From Eledone cirrhosa (lineage: Eukaryota): DNA of 64,000 bases. The notes below the pieces were generated by a model. The model did no database searches and had not been told where the DNA came from. It saw only the letters and a program-made list of their open reading frames with translations. The translations under genes were made by a program, and so were the position numbers. The stretch spans positions 868,001-932,000 of the forward strand of contig OZ024754.1 in NCBI GenBank assembly GCA_964016885.1, in the 5' to 3' direction. Positions 13,372-25,887 of the stretch are shown in pieces; positions within the stretch are counted from its first letter, which is position 1, and each line of letters opens with the position of its first letter.

Positions 13372-13528
13372 AATCCGATTTAGTGATATGCTGCCGGCAG
13401 GAAAAACACACACGTCCTTCTGCTGGACACATGAGCAGAAGGATGTGTGTTTTTTTTCCTGCCGGCAGCATATCACTAAATCGGATTTCATCTGAGGATA
13501 CCATTCTCATAACAACAACAAATGCATG
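13331..13528. repeat. Near-perfect palindrome with arms of about 94 bp
   Basis: CATGCATTTG...CCTTCTGCT [8-nt loop] AGCAGAAGG...CAAATGCATG. Confidence 0.95.
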
Positions 13529-14459
13529 GTCAGCTTCACTTTTCATCCTTATGAGGTCAATAAAATAGCAGTCAAGTACTGGGGTTGATATATTTGTCTT
13601 TGAGAGCACAGAATAGTACCTCGCTTCGTGTTTCCTATTACTTGCGCAACTGATAACCTTAGGGGCATCTGACTGGCTGATATACATACATACATTTGAT
13701 CTCAGCCACACAGAAAAATAAAACATCAGCACTTCAAGAGGCAATATGGTGAGAGCCTGCCTGCTAACTTAATATGTTTGGAAATAAAATCATTCATTGT
13801 TTTTTTTATTATTTTTCACTAAGCAAACAGGAGCTTAAATAATGTCACTTGTGTACAATTTATCCTAAGAAATTAAGGAATGGGAAACACACATACACAC
13901 ACAAAATATCACGAGTACAATGAGGAGAGTGAAAATTATCAATAATTAATTTTATATTACATGAAAATTATTTATCCTGGAAAAGGGTAAGGTATGCAGT
14001 GCATGCGTTGCATACATAGATCTGTTGCGCCTGATACATACATATATACATACATACACACACACATACATAGATCCACACATACATATGTGGTTATATT
14101 TTAACCCAACGTTTTGCTCTCCACACAGCAATCAACTGTTTTCAGCTAAACCCTGCACTGAGATTCCTACAATTTTATGAAAATTCATATACACTCATCC
14201 CTTTCAATTAATATTTAGAAAAAAATTGTTTTATGCTTCAACCATCAGCTTCATGAAGAATCAGCTATATTACTAAGTCTTTTAAGATACTTGATTATTT
14301 TCCAAATTATTTGAAAATCATTTGCAGAGTATTTCATTAGAATTGTGGTGACTTAAGGGTTAAAATAACATTTAATTGTGTATGTTGCACTTCCGTCAGT
14401 TCTGACAATGAGTGTTCCAGTTGTTTGAACAACAACGAAACAGCCTGTTTGTGAAATTA

Positions 14460-14518
<59 letters not shown>

Positions 14519-14820
14519 CACCATCACCACCACTACTACTACTATTGGTTTTTACATCATAAACACTTCCTTTTTATCTAGAGCTGCTGTGCTGTGAATT
14601 GCTGCTAATAATTAGCACCACTGCCAACCAAAGAAACCTAATAGTTGATGCAGTGTCAAATATCTTCATTGGAAGTCGGTTTTAATTGATTTCTTTTACA
14701 GATATATCTATAGTGGCAAATTCTACCTCTGCCATATATAATAACACATTTCTTTCCATATATATATTTATACTGGATTCTACCTCTGCCATATACAATA
14801 ACGCATTTCTTTCCATATAT

Positions 14821-15945
14821 ATCATCATCGTTTAATGTCCATCCTCGACGCTAGCATGGGTTAGACGGTTTTGTTCCCTTTGATGCTAGAATGGTCGGGA
14901 GACCATGTCTCGCTCACATGGAAGTGTCTCTGGCAGGTTTTTTACAGCTGGATGCCCTTCCTAACACCAACCACATTTACAGTGTGGACTGGGAGCCTTT
15001 TTATCATGTCTCCTACATGGCCACCTTACAGTATGGACTTCTGTGTCATCGACACAGTGGACGAAATGGGAAAGGGAGGGTGGGGTGTACATTGAGTTAA
15101 GAGGTGCCTACTGACTGTAGATTTGTATGCAATGGCAGTCAGGTCTTCTGTACAACTGTATGGTGCCAAAGGTCTCGATCCAGTGTAGAGAGGTGTAAGT
15201 GAGCAAGGTCAGTTTTTATGACTTCGGCCCAGGTTTTTCTTGATCTACCCACTCTGTAGCTTCCATCAATTTTCATTGCCCTGCACTTTTTTATACAGCA
15301 GTCATTCTTCATATGCATCACATGTCCATACCAACGCAATCTCCTCTCCAGAACACAACATTTGATATCTCTTATGCTTAGTCTCTCTCTTAATTCGTTT
15401 ATGTTTCGCCTTTCCCGCACATTACTATTACACATCCATCGGAGCATGCAAGCTTCATTTCTTTCTAATCTATGCAGGTCTTCAGCTCACAACGCCCAAG
15501 TCTCACTACTATCTAATATCGCTGTTTGTATACATGCATCATACAATCTGCCTTTCGTTTTTAGAGAAAAACCCCTTGTGGTCAACAGCAGTATTAGCTC
15601 TCTGAACTTTTTCCATCCCGTTCTAACACTGGCTACTACACTTTCAGAGCACCCTCCTCCACTGCTGATTTTGTCACCCAGGTAACGGAAAGTGTCTACT
15701 ATTTCTATAGAACCATCTAGGCAGTTGAAGGAGATAGCATCCAGTGGGTCCTTGCTACTTACTGCACCTGAGCATCGGCCACATATAAAATCTTCATTCT
15801 TAGATAGCTTACTTGTGATCCCACTACATCTTTTATGTACCCATAGTTTGCATTTGGGACATAGAATGGAGTTTCTACCTACTCTTTTCTTACACACTGA
15901 GCATGGCCATTTCCCAGAGGGTACCTGTGCCCTATTCTCCTTTCT
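14821..15945 (-). mobile_element. 5'-truncated RTE-clade LINE with PHD-like finger and (GAT)n tail
   Basis: GKWPCSVC..C..C..WVHKRC, FRYLGD, SETWAL, MLRWMC and RRLRWYGHV motifs. 3' UTR ends in CCCATGCTAGC..GATGATGAT. Confidence 0.9.
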
Positions 15946-16116
15946 ATATATATAGGTATTAGAGGTGCAAATTAATCGCGTCCGTAGGCGGTATGCCAAG
16001 ATGAGCACTCGATGAATACAAGGAAAACACATTCCTTTAGCAGAGTGTGTGGCAGCTTAAATTAATGAATCGGGATTACAATCCAACCACTCTTAGACGC
16101 GAGTCTACATGTGAAC

Positions 16117-16208
16117 ACATATCTGAGGAGCTTCCAATTCCAGTGTCAGGATTGAACATTAATCGATCGTTCCTTGAGCTGATCAGCAGTGAGACATATG
16201 TAAAATGT
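16117..16208 (+). ncRNA. Degenerate hammerhead motif (GAAA changed to GAGA)
   Basis: ACATAT CTGAGGA ... GAGA CATATG TA AAATGT; palindromic stem III, GUA triplet. Confidence 0.5.
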
Positions 16209-16289
16209 AATTAAATATGTATATGATGCAACACTGACTATTTGTTCCCTTATATATTATTATATATATTACACTATATATGCAGTAGA

Positions 16290-16843
16290 TGTACAGGGAA
16301 ATTTGACATAGAAGTCGCAGTGATAGACACATTTTTCAAATACAGGTAGAGGTGGTTGATAGCTTCCGATACCTAGGTGATCAGCTTAGAAAGGGAGGAG
16401 GGTGTTCCAAGGCCATAGTATCCAGAATAAGGACAGGTTGGAAGAAATTTAGGGAGCTGCTTCCTCTGTTGACAAAGAATGGTTTCTCCCTATGAACGAA
16501 AGGCCCGTTATATATATGATGCCTGTCTGAGATGCGCAATGTTGCATGGTAGTGAGACATGGGCAGCAACTGTGGAAGATATGCGACGGCTGGAGAGAAA
16601 TGAAGCAAGCATGCTCCGTTGGATGTGCAATATCAATGAACGACCAAGCATAGATGAGTTGAGAGAGAAACTGTGTATAAGAGGGATAAGCTGTAGTGTG
16701 CGGGAGAAAAGACTGCGTTGGTATGGACATGTGAAGTTCACAGAGGAGCTGACGAAGGACCATGACAAGTGGAGAGATGCCATGCTTAATAAGACCTGTC
16801 CCACCCTTGCAAGCAGGGAAAAGCGGACGTAAAATGATGATGA

Positions 16844-16847
<4 letters not shown>
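16290..16847 (+). mobile_element. 5'-truncated RTE LINE 3' fragment
   Basis: AMLHGSETWA..MLRWMC..LRWYGHV..DKWRDA motifs and a (GAT)n tail. Confidence 0.88.
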
Positions 16848-16901
<54 letters not shown>

Positions 16902-16954
16902 TGGATTCAATCTCTGCTATAAAATAGCACAGTTCATTCCAGATATATATACTG

Positions 16955-17873
16955 GATTCTACCTCTGCCATATATGATGGTACATTCTACCTCTGCCATA
17001 TACGATGGTAAATTCTACCTCTGCCATATACGATGGTAAATTCTACCTCTGCCATATACGATGGTAAATTCTACCTCTGCCATATACGATGGTACATTCT
17101 ACCTCTGCCATATACGATGGTAAATTCTACCTCTGCCATATACGATGGTAAATTCTACCTCTGCCATATACGATGGTAAATTCTACCTCTGCCATATACG
17201 ATGGTACATTCTACCTCTGCCATATACGATGGTAAATTCTACCTCTGCCATATACGATGGTAAATTCTACCTCTGCCATATACGATGGTACATTCTACCT
17301 CTTCCTATACAATGGTACATTCTACCTCTTCCTATACAATGGTACATTCTACCTCTTCCTATACAATGGTACATACTACCTCTTCCTATACAATGGTACA
17401 TTCTACCTCTTCCTATACAATGGTACATTCTACCTCTTCCTATACAATGGTATATTCTACCTCTTCCTATACAATGGTATATTCTACCTCTTCCTATACA
17501 ATGGTACATTCTACCTCTTCCTATACAATGGTACATTCTACCTCTTCCTATACAATGGTATATTCTACCTCTTCCTATACAATGGTATATTCTACCTCTT
17601 CCTATACAATGGTACATTCTACCTCTTCCTATACAATGGTACCTTCTACCTCTTCCTATACAATGGTATATTCTACCTCTTCCTATACAATGGTACATTC
17701 TACCTCTTCCTATACAATGGTACATTCTACCTCTTCCTATACAATGGTATATTCTACCTCTTCCTATACAATGGTACATTCTACCTCTTCCTATACAATG
17801 GTACATTCTACCTCTTCCTATACAATGGTATATTCTACCTCTTCCTATACAATGGTACATTCTACCTCTTCCT
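16955..17873. repeat. Minisatellite: 28-bp unit switching to a 27-bp unit at about 17290
   Basis: (TAAATTCTACCTCTGCCATATACGATGG)n then (TACATTCTACCTCTTCCTATACAATGG)n. Confidence 0.95.
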
Positions 17874-19040
17874 AGGGTGGGTCACATAGGATGTAGCTCA
17901 TCATAAAGTGGGTCGCAATATAAAAAAATTGAAGGCAATTTTGAAATTAGGCATGTTATTCAGAAAGCCAAATGGACTACTGCTTGTGGCTTGCTCATGA
18001 CTGGGTTAGAACAACAACCTCATTGTTAGATCGATATTTGTAGACAAAATAATTTAGGGGATAATCTATATGATTAACAGTTGATATGTAATCAGTTTAT
18101 ATGTACTGTAGGTATTTTGATGTCTTCTGATCTTGTAAGACACGTTATTCTACATGCCACAGTTTATATTACTTTGGCGCCTTTCTTCTTTCTTCTTTTC
18201 TCTCTCTTTCTCTCTATTCCTTACACATATTTGAACAATTTCCTGATATGTACCATTTTTTTTCTATTTCAGATTTCATTGGTCAAACAAATTTTTAAAT
18301 ATTCAATTTGAGTTGAGGTGAAAGTTTAATTTGAGTTGAGGTGAAAGTGCATGAGACTAAATTGTTTTGTACACAGAATTTTCTCCAAGATACGAAATTT
18401 TAGAAACTACTAAAAGAATGATTTCTATAGATATGTTTTCAAGATATTTACAGAAGACCTCACCATACAGTATTCATTTGACTTTCTTACAGTTGTGGGG
18501 TAACTTACTCAACAGGATTTATTTTCTATTTTCAAACAACATGAAAGACTTAACAATACCATTTGATATGACTCCTAAGATATACATCTAGATGTTTTAC
18601 CTGGGTTCATATAAAATAACTGAAATGCTTTTCATTCTTAATATTTATTAGAATTTCAAGTTTAACTCTTTTGTGACCATATTTTTAATTATTAGAAATA
18701 ATTAATGAAACTTTTACTAAAATTATTAATTATTTCATTAAGATTGCACTTGTAATATAACATAAAAAAGGCTCTTCTATCAAACTATGTTAGAAGATAA
18801 TTTAAATAGGAACCCTTTAAAATGGGTGGATTTGTTTCATAGAACCAGAAGCAGTTTGGGCAGATTAATATGAAGAAGTTTAATGTAATTTAGTATGATT
18901 TACAAAATATTGCGCTTTGTATGATACAAACCCGATGAAAATATTCCTTCTAAGTGATAAAAGATATATGTTATATATTACCAGCATTGTAATCAACAGC
19001 ATAATCTTAATCAGTATTTTCCTTAATATTATCAATAAAA

Positions 19041-19454
19041 ATGGTTAATCAAAATAGCACTTCAAGTATTTTGTCGTTGCTGTGTAGAGGTTTCCCAAAT
19101 CAGACTATTCGGACAGTACACTTTCCACCTGATAATTTCAGTCGGAAATATCAAACTGTACATAGACAAGGTCCAGCATCTGATAGTGGAGCATTAATAT
19201 ATATTGTAGCTGTTCTTGTTTTTTATTCTGCTGCAATAATTATAATGATTATTAAATACCTCAAATCTGAACGGAAAGATCAACTTGAAGATGCTTTGAT
19301 TGAGAACTTTTTCCGAGACATGCCGACTGGGAAGTCGGAGAAAGAGAATCGTGTTAATCAGGTAGCCATACATGCTTTTCATACTTTGACAACGGCTGTT
19401 TATAATGATGAGTCTTTGCCTTCTCCAACTGAAGTTCTTATAACAGATGTGTAA
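19041..19454 (+). CDS. Small single-pass membrane protein, 137 aa, KCNE/MinK-like architecture
   Basis: Non-repetitive intact ORF with AAAATGG start context. N-glycosylation sequons NST, NQT and NFS precede one hydrophobic helix (ALIYIVAVLVFYSAAIIIMII), followed by KYLKSERK. AATAAA at about 19487. Confidence 0.75.
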   Translation: MVNQNSTSSILSLLCRGFPNQTIRTVHFPPDNFSRKYQTVHRQGPASDSGALIYIVAVLVFYSAAIIIMIIKYLKSERKDQLEDALIENFFRDMPTGKSEKENRVNQVAIHAFHTLTTAVYNDESLPSPTEVLITDV

Positions 19455-19706
19455 AATTGTACAAATCTTTCTTTTTTTTTTCTGACAATAAATATTACTG
19501 AAAACTTTGATCTCCTATTTATTTCAATTAAAAATCTTGCTTTCTTAAGTATTTTCTTGAACTTTTCCCACCCTATTCTTATTCTGGCTACTAATCTTTC
19601 AAAATAACCTTCTCCATTGCTAACTAAGTCTAAGACACTAAAAAAGAACTTTAATTTACAAATTTCCCAAATAAATATAGGATAAATTAGAAGTTAAAAC
19701 AGAAAA

Positions 19707-20105
19707 TAGTGTTAGTGTTTGCAACAATGGTGACAAGAGTAACTGATAGTGGTGTTAGTGTTTGCAACAATGGTGACAAGAGTAACTGATAGTGGTGTTA
19801 GTGGTTGTAACAATGGTGACAAGAGTAACTGATAGTGGTGTTAGTGGTTGTAACAATGGTGACAAGAGTAACTGATAGTGGTGTTAGTGGTTGTAACAAT
19901 GGTGACAAGAGTAACTGATAGTGGTGTTAGTGGTTGTAACAATGGTGACAAGAGTAACTGATAGTGGTGTTAGTGGTTATAACAATGGTGACAAGAGTAA
20001 CTGATAGTGGTGTTAGTGGTTGTAACAATGGTGACAAGAGTAACTGATAGTGGTGTTAGTGGTTGTAACAATGGTGACAAGAGTAACTGATAATGTTAGT
20101 GTTTG
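19707..20105. repeat. 43-bp minisatellite, about 9 copies; inverted partial copy at about 20260-20338
   Basis: Unit GTGTTAGTGGTTGTAACAATGGTGACAAGAGTAACTGATAGTG. Confidence 0.95.
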
Positions 20106-20348
20106 TTGAACAAATCTCACAAATATATATATATATATAATCTCATATATATATATAATATGTGATATCAAGAACACTTTAAATTTCTTTGAATAATAAA
20201 GGACAACATTATTGCAAAGAGATCCTTTCTATTTGTTCACTTTCATTTGCCTCTTTTCCTTTGTGAGATTTGTTCAACAAACACTAACATTATCAGTTAC
20301 TCTTGTCACCATTGTTACAACCACTAACATTATCAGTTATATATATAT

Positions 20349-20686
20349 GGAGGCACATGGCTTAGTGGTTAGAGCATTGGCCTTGCAATCGAAAGGTTGC
20401 GAGTTCAATTCTCAGACCGGGTGATGTGTTGTTTCCTTGAGCAAGACACTTTATTTCACATTGCTCCAATTTACTCAGCTGTAGAAATGAGATGATGGGG
20501 ACCCCAGTCCCTATCATCTCATTTCTACATCTTGTGGTTGTATAGGTGCCACGGAAAAAAAGCACCCAGCACTCACTGTAAATGAGGTTGGTGTTAGGAA
20601 GGGCATCCAGCTCTAGAAATCAAGCCAGAATCAGTTCCCGTCCCACCCTTGTAAGCAGGGAAAAGCAAACGTAAGATGATGATGAT
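20349..20686 (+). mobile_element. tRNA-derived SINE family B with an RTE-derived 3' tail
   Basis: A box TGGCTTAGTGG and B box GAGTTCAATTC, body CCTTGAGCAAGACACTT. The tail GTCCCACCCTTGTAAGCAGGGAAAAGC..GATGATGAT is shared with the LINEs at 16800 and 56380. Confidence 0.75.
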
Positions 20687-20706
20687 ATATGTATATATAT
20701 GTATAT

Positions 20707-23700
20707 ATCATCATCATCACCGTTTTACGTCCATTCTTCCATGCTAGCATGGGTTAGGCGGGTTGTCCTGTTGTTGGCAATGTTAGGTCGGCTGACCTTG
20801 TCTTGCTCATACGGGAACTGATTCTGGCTTGATTTCTACAGCTGGATGCCCTTCCTAACACCAACCTCAGTTACAGTGAGTGCTGGGTGCTTTTTTTCTG
20901 TGGCGCCTACACGTCCACTTTACAGTGTGGGCTGGGTGTGTAGCGCTCTCTAGACAAAGGGAAGTAGCCAGAGTTACTTCCCGTAGAATTTCTAGAATAC
21001 TCCTTGAACTTCCGTTCCAGAGATTATAAAGGAAGGAGCAAAGGACAATCTACCTCTCTTCACCAGCCTGCTCTAGAACTGACCACACCAAGCACAGATG
21101 CTAAACTTTTTCTAATCCTATCTTATACCTCAGGATTACACCACATCATGGCACGAGGTACGTTTCACTACCAAAATTGTAACAAGCTACTTCAATAAAT
21201 ACAAATTGTTACTGAACTTTTGGCGGTCTATCTTGCCGTGAAGCACTTCCACCATTTTTTGGAAGGGCGGGAGTTCACGATATTCATGGACCATAAACTG
21301 CTAACATTCGCTCTCCAATCCAAGTCCGACAGGTACTCTCCAAGGGCATATAGGCATTTGGATCTCATCTCCCAGTACACCAGTGACATTCGTCATATAG
21401 CCGGAGCTGCCAACATACCCGCGGACGCACTGTCTTGACTTTCTGTGTGTTCTCTTGCATCTCCTGCACATATCGATTTGGTTGCCATGGCAACTGACCA
21501 ACCTACTTTGGATTCATTGGACATTTCATCTGACCAGTTCTCCTGCTGCAAATTGGAATATTTACCTCTTCCATCTTCTGAAAGGAAAATTCTCTGCGAT
21601 ATTTCTACTGGCTCACCAAGACCACTTGTTCCAGAGTGCCATCAACAGACCGTTTTTGATGCACTTCATTCCTTGTCGCATCCCGGCATAGCTGCCACGG
21701 TGAAGCTCATCACGGCCCAATTTTTCTGGCCTAATATGCGTCGTTTAATCACCGGTTGGGCACGTTCTTGTTTGAAGTGTCAGCGCTCCAAGATTTATCG
21801 GCATGCTCGCGCTCCTCTGGGTAAATTCAGCCCGCCGGACGCCCGTTTCCGTCACATTCACATGGATATTGTTGGTCCGTGGCCCGTTAGTCGTTGGTTC
21901 ACATATATATTGACCTGTATCGATCGTTTCTCTCGGTAGCCTGAAGCCATACCCCTAGTGGACATAACAGCCGAGTCTGTTGCCCAAGCTTTCATTTCTA
22001 ATTGGGTTGCTTGTTTTTGTGTTCCTTCTAAAATAACCATGGATCGCTGACGACAGTTCGAAGCTTCCTTATTTCGTGAAATATCACGACTCTTGGGTGC
22101 TCATCACATTCATATGACCAGCTATCACCCAGCCTCCAATGGAATGGTGGAGAGGTTTCACAGACAGTTGAAAGCTGCACTCCGCGCTACTCCTGATCCG
22201 CAACGTTGGACCAAATTTTTGCCAATCATGCTCCTTGGTTGTCGTTCTGCCGTTAAGACAGATTTGGGTTTCTCCTCAGCTGAACTTCTTTATGGTACCA
22301 CCTTGACTCTTCCCGGTTAAATGCTAGCACCGGTTGATTCATCGCATCTTGATCCAACATCATATATCACCAGGATTTGTTCTTACTTCTCGGATCTTCC
22401 ACCAATGAACCCTCGTGACCAGTCTATTTCTTCTGCTGTTCCATCAGATATCTCTATGTGGACACATATTTTTATACGGAATGATTCCGTCAAGGGACCG
22501 CTTAAGTCACACTATAATGGACCTTTTCGTGTACTTTCACATGCACCAAAACATTTCACAGTGGCTGTCAATGGTCGAAAAGAGACAATATCCATTGACA
22601 GAGCAAAGGGGGCTTTCTCTGAAAGTCTCATTACAATGCCTGATTCACCTCGTACATACACTCCCACACCAACACCTTCACCTCAAACACCACATACCAC
22701 ACAACCTTATGTCACACGAGGTGGCAGGACAGTAAAATGGCCACGTAAACGTCAAAAACTATATACATTTAACCCCTAGTGGCATTAACAAACTCTTTTT
22801 TCAGTTTCAGATAGAATTAGTGTCAGAAAAGTCTGTACACTGGTGATGTATGAACTATTTGATTTTGAAGAAACTTTGAACTTACCATTGAGCATTAATT
22901 TTTTCTCTGCTCCTTTATGTTAACTTTGAATTATCAGTTTTGTTACATTTACATTTTTCTTTGTAAAATGCACTTACTTGTTTTGTGCTCTTTTGCTATT
23001 TGCTTTAGTTGCGAGGTTATATTTTATTCATGCACTTTCTTGTACCTTTGCTTTGCTTCTCATTTCTTACGGGTTCTCGCTACAATGACTTTCGGTTGAT
23101 TATTCGACTTCTCGTCTGAAAGGGGAGTCTTGTAGCGCTTTCTAGACAAAGGGAAGTAGCAAGAGTTACTTCCCATAGAATTTCTAGAATACTCTTTGAA
23201 CTTCCGTTCCAGAGATTATAAAAGAAGAAGCAAAGGACAATCTACCTCTCTTCACCAGCCTGCTCTAGAACTGACCACACCAAGCACAGATGCTAAACTT
23301 TTTCTAATCCTATCTTATACCTCAGGATTACACCACATCATGGCACGAGGTACGTTTCACTACCAAAATTGTAACAAGCTACTTCAATAAATACAAATCG
23401 TTACTGATACTCGTTTCTGAAGTATTCGTTATGTTTCAATTACTACATCATCATTTCTTTTACATCTTCTAAACAAATTAAATTGGTGGTTGGCATGTAG
23501 TGGTATTTACTGGAGTAAATAACCCTATGCCCAATTCACTAAAGGGGCTTTTTTGTTGTGACACCTCCACGACCACTTTGCAATGGGAGGGGATGAGGGC
23601 ATATTGTCTATATGCTTCAGCTTCGGCTTGTTCCCGTGGGAAGTCAGCTCTTCTGTATTACTGTGTAACGCCAGAGGTCATGGTCATGTGTCATCGCCCT

Positions 23701-25470
23701 TGAGAGGTGTAATTGGGCAAGGTCCGCTTTTATCACTTCATCCCAGGTCTTCTTGGGTCTCTCCATTCCATGGCTTCCATCAACTTTTAGTGCTCTGCAT
23801 CTTTTTATGCAGCTGTCATCCTTCATACGCATCCCATGTCCATACCAACACATCCTCCTCTCCTGCACACATCATTTGATTCTTCTTATGCCCACTCTCT
23901 CTCTCAGTTCGTTTATGCTTTGCCGTTCACGTATATTACTATTACATATCCATCTGAGCATGCAAGCTTCATTTCTTTCTAATCTACGCAAGTCTTCTAC
24001 ACGCAGCGCCCAGGTCTCACTAACATTGCTGTTCGTATGCACGCATCATATAGTCTGCCTTTCATTTTGAGGGAAAAGCCTTTTGCAGCTAGCAGTGGTA
24101 GTAGCTCCCTGAACTTCTTCCATCCCGTTCTTACCCTGGTTACTGTACTTTCAGAACACCCACCTCCGCTGCTAATTTGGTCACCTAGGTAGCGGAAGCT
24201 GTCTACTGTTTCTACAGAGCCCTCCCAGAGTTTGGTGGTGCTTGTTTCCTGCTTGTTGTCCTGGTGCAGCTGCTACATGTAAACCCTACATTCCTAACTA
24301 AGCTTCCTGAGATCCCACTACATCTCTTATGAACCCATAGTTTGCATTTGTGGCAGAGGATGGAATTCCTACCTACACCTTTCCTACATACTGAGCAAGG
24401 CCATTTCCCTGAGGGAATCTGGGTTCTGTTTTCTCGTCTACTTACAAGAACCTTAGTCTTTGTCAAGTTGACTTTGAGACCCCTTCTTTCTAGTTCCTGC
24501 TTCTATGTTTGGAATTTCTTCTTTAGTTCCGTCATAGATTCAGCTATAAGTGTAATATCATCCACATACAGAAGTTCCCATGTGCATCCGGTCTTAAACT
24601 CTTCTGTTATAGCCTGCAATACTATAATAAACAGGAGAGGGCTAAGAACAGAGCCCTGGTGGACACCGACCTCTATGCTAAATTCCTCGCTATAGTCATT
24701 GTTAACCCTAACTTAGCTGACTGTTCCCCTATACATGGCTTGTACAGCTTTCACAAGCCATTCATCTACTCCTAGTTTTCTAAGAGCCCACTAGATTATA
24801 GCATGGGGCACTCTGTTGAAGGCTTTTTCCAGATCGACAAATGTCAGGTAGAGCGGCTTACATTTAGCTAGGTACTTTTCCTGTAACTGCCTCACAAGGA
24901 AGAGAGCATCAGTGGTGCTTTTTGCTGGCACAAACCCAAACTGCATCCCATCTAGTTTTACCTGGTCCCTAATCAACTGTGCTATAACTCTTTCCGTTAC
25001 TTTCATGACCTGGTCCATCAGCTTTATACCTCTATCTAGTGCATCTCCTTTACCCTTGTAGCAGTTGACAATGATGCTGCTGCGCCAATCCTTTGGTATG
25101 ACATCCTCTTGTATTACCTGGTTAACAATATGTGTGGTTATGATGTGACCTACCGACCCAGATGCTTTCAGCATCTTGGCAGCTATACCCGATGGACCGG
25201 TTGCCTTCCCAGTCTTCATATCTTTAATTGCCTTACTTACTATGCTGCTGCTGACTTGTATTGCTGGTCCCTCTATAGGGTCCACTTGGGGTAGAGTATC
25301 TTTCTCCCATACATTCTCCTCATTTAGTAATCGTTCATAATGGCTCTTCCATGCAGCTTTCTTCTCGGGACTTGTGAGGACAAGCTCACCTTTATCATTC
25401 CAGACACACTTCTCTCCAATGACATCACAATTTCCTCTAACACACTGCCTTGCAATCCTGAACACCTCTT
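20707..25470 (-). mobile_element. RTE LINE (RT to 3' tail) interrupted by a Gypsy element
   Basis: Body 23640-25470 has MKTGKATGPSGI, QFGFVP, FVDLEKAF, GVHQGSVLSPLLF and the PHD finger. The 3' UTR resumes on the far side of the LTR element (20707-20938) and ends in (GAT)n. Confidence 0.85.
20939..23447 (+). mobile_element. Ty3/Gypsy LTR retrotransposon, internally deleted (RNase H end plus integrase, with stops)
   Basis: LTR-like direct repeats at 20939-21215 (truncated) and 23131 to about 23447 (TG...CA), with PPT GAAAGGGGAG before the second. Motifs ELLAVYLAVKHF..ADALS, HPG..C..C, HMDIVGP, YHPASNGMVERFHRQLK and GPF. Confidence 0.92.
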
Positions 25471-25887
25471 GTTATTGCTGTTGACGCAGTTATTGCAATT
25501 CTTATTTGTTGTGCTCATAATTTTGGCATTTATTATACTGGTTGGATGCCATTCCTAACACCAGCACCACTTTACAGCATGGACAGCGTGCTTTTATTCG
25601 TGCCACCAGCACTAGAGAGGTTGTCTTACTGGACTCAGGAGCCCTCTTTACCCTTCCATTTTACAGCATGGACTAGGAACAGACCCTGAACAATATATAT
25701 ACATATATATCTATATATTTAATACATTAACAGAGAAAGCTTTAAGCAATACTTCGACCGACTTCCGTCTCACTCAACAAACAATAGAATATACCTTAGT
25801 ATAATCCCAATTATACGATTGGGGTGCTAACTATACGTATTTTGAGGATAGCCAGTTGTATTATTTTATATGAGACATAATTAAATA

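Noticed and set aside
16955-17906. Four long periodic ORFs or a CRISPR-like array
   Set aside because: Head-to-tail minisatellite with no unique spacers. The ORFs are open only because the unit is 27 bp. No cas genes, and the context is eukaryotic.
21004-21198. Duplicated 64-aa ORF (again at 23196-23390)
   Set aside because: It lies within the two LTRs, so the duplication is explained by the LTR identity; it also has a non-ATG start.
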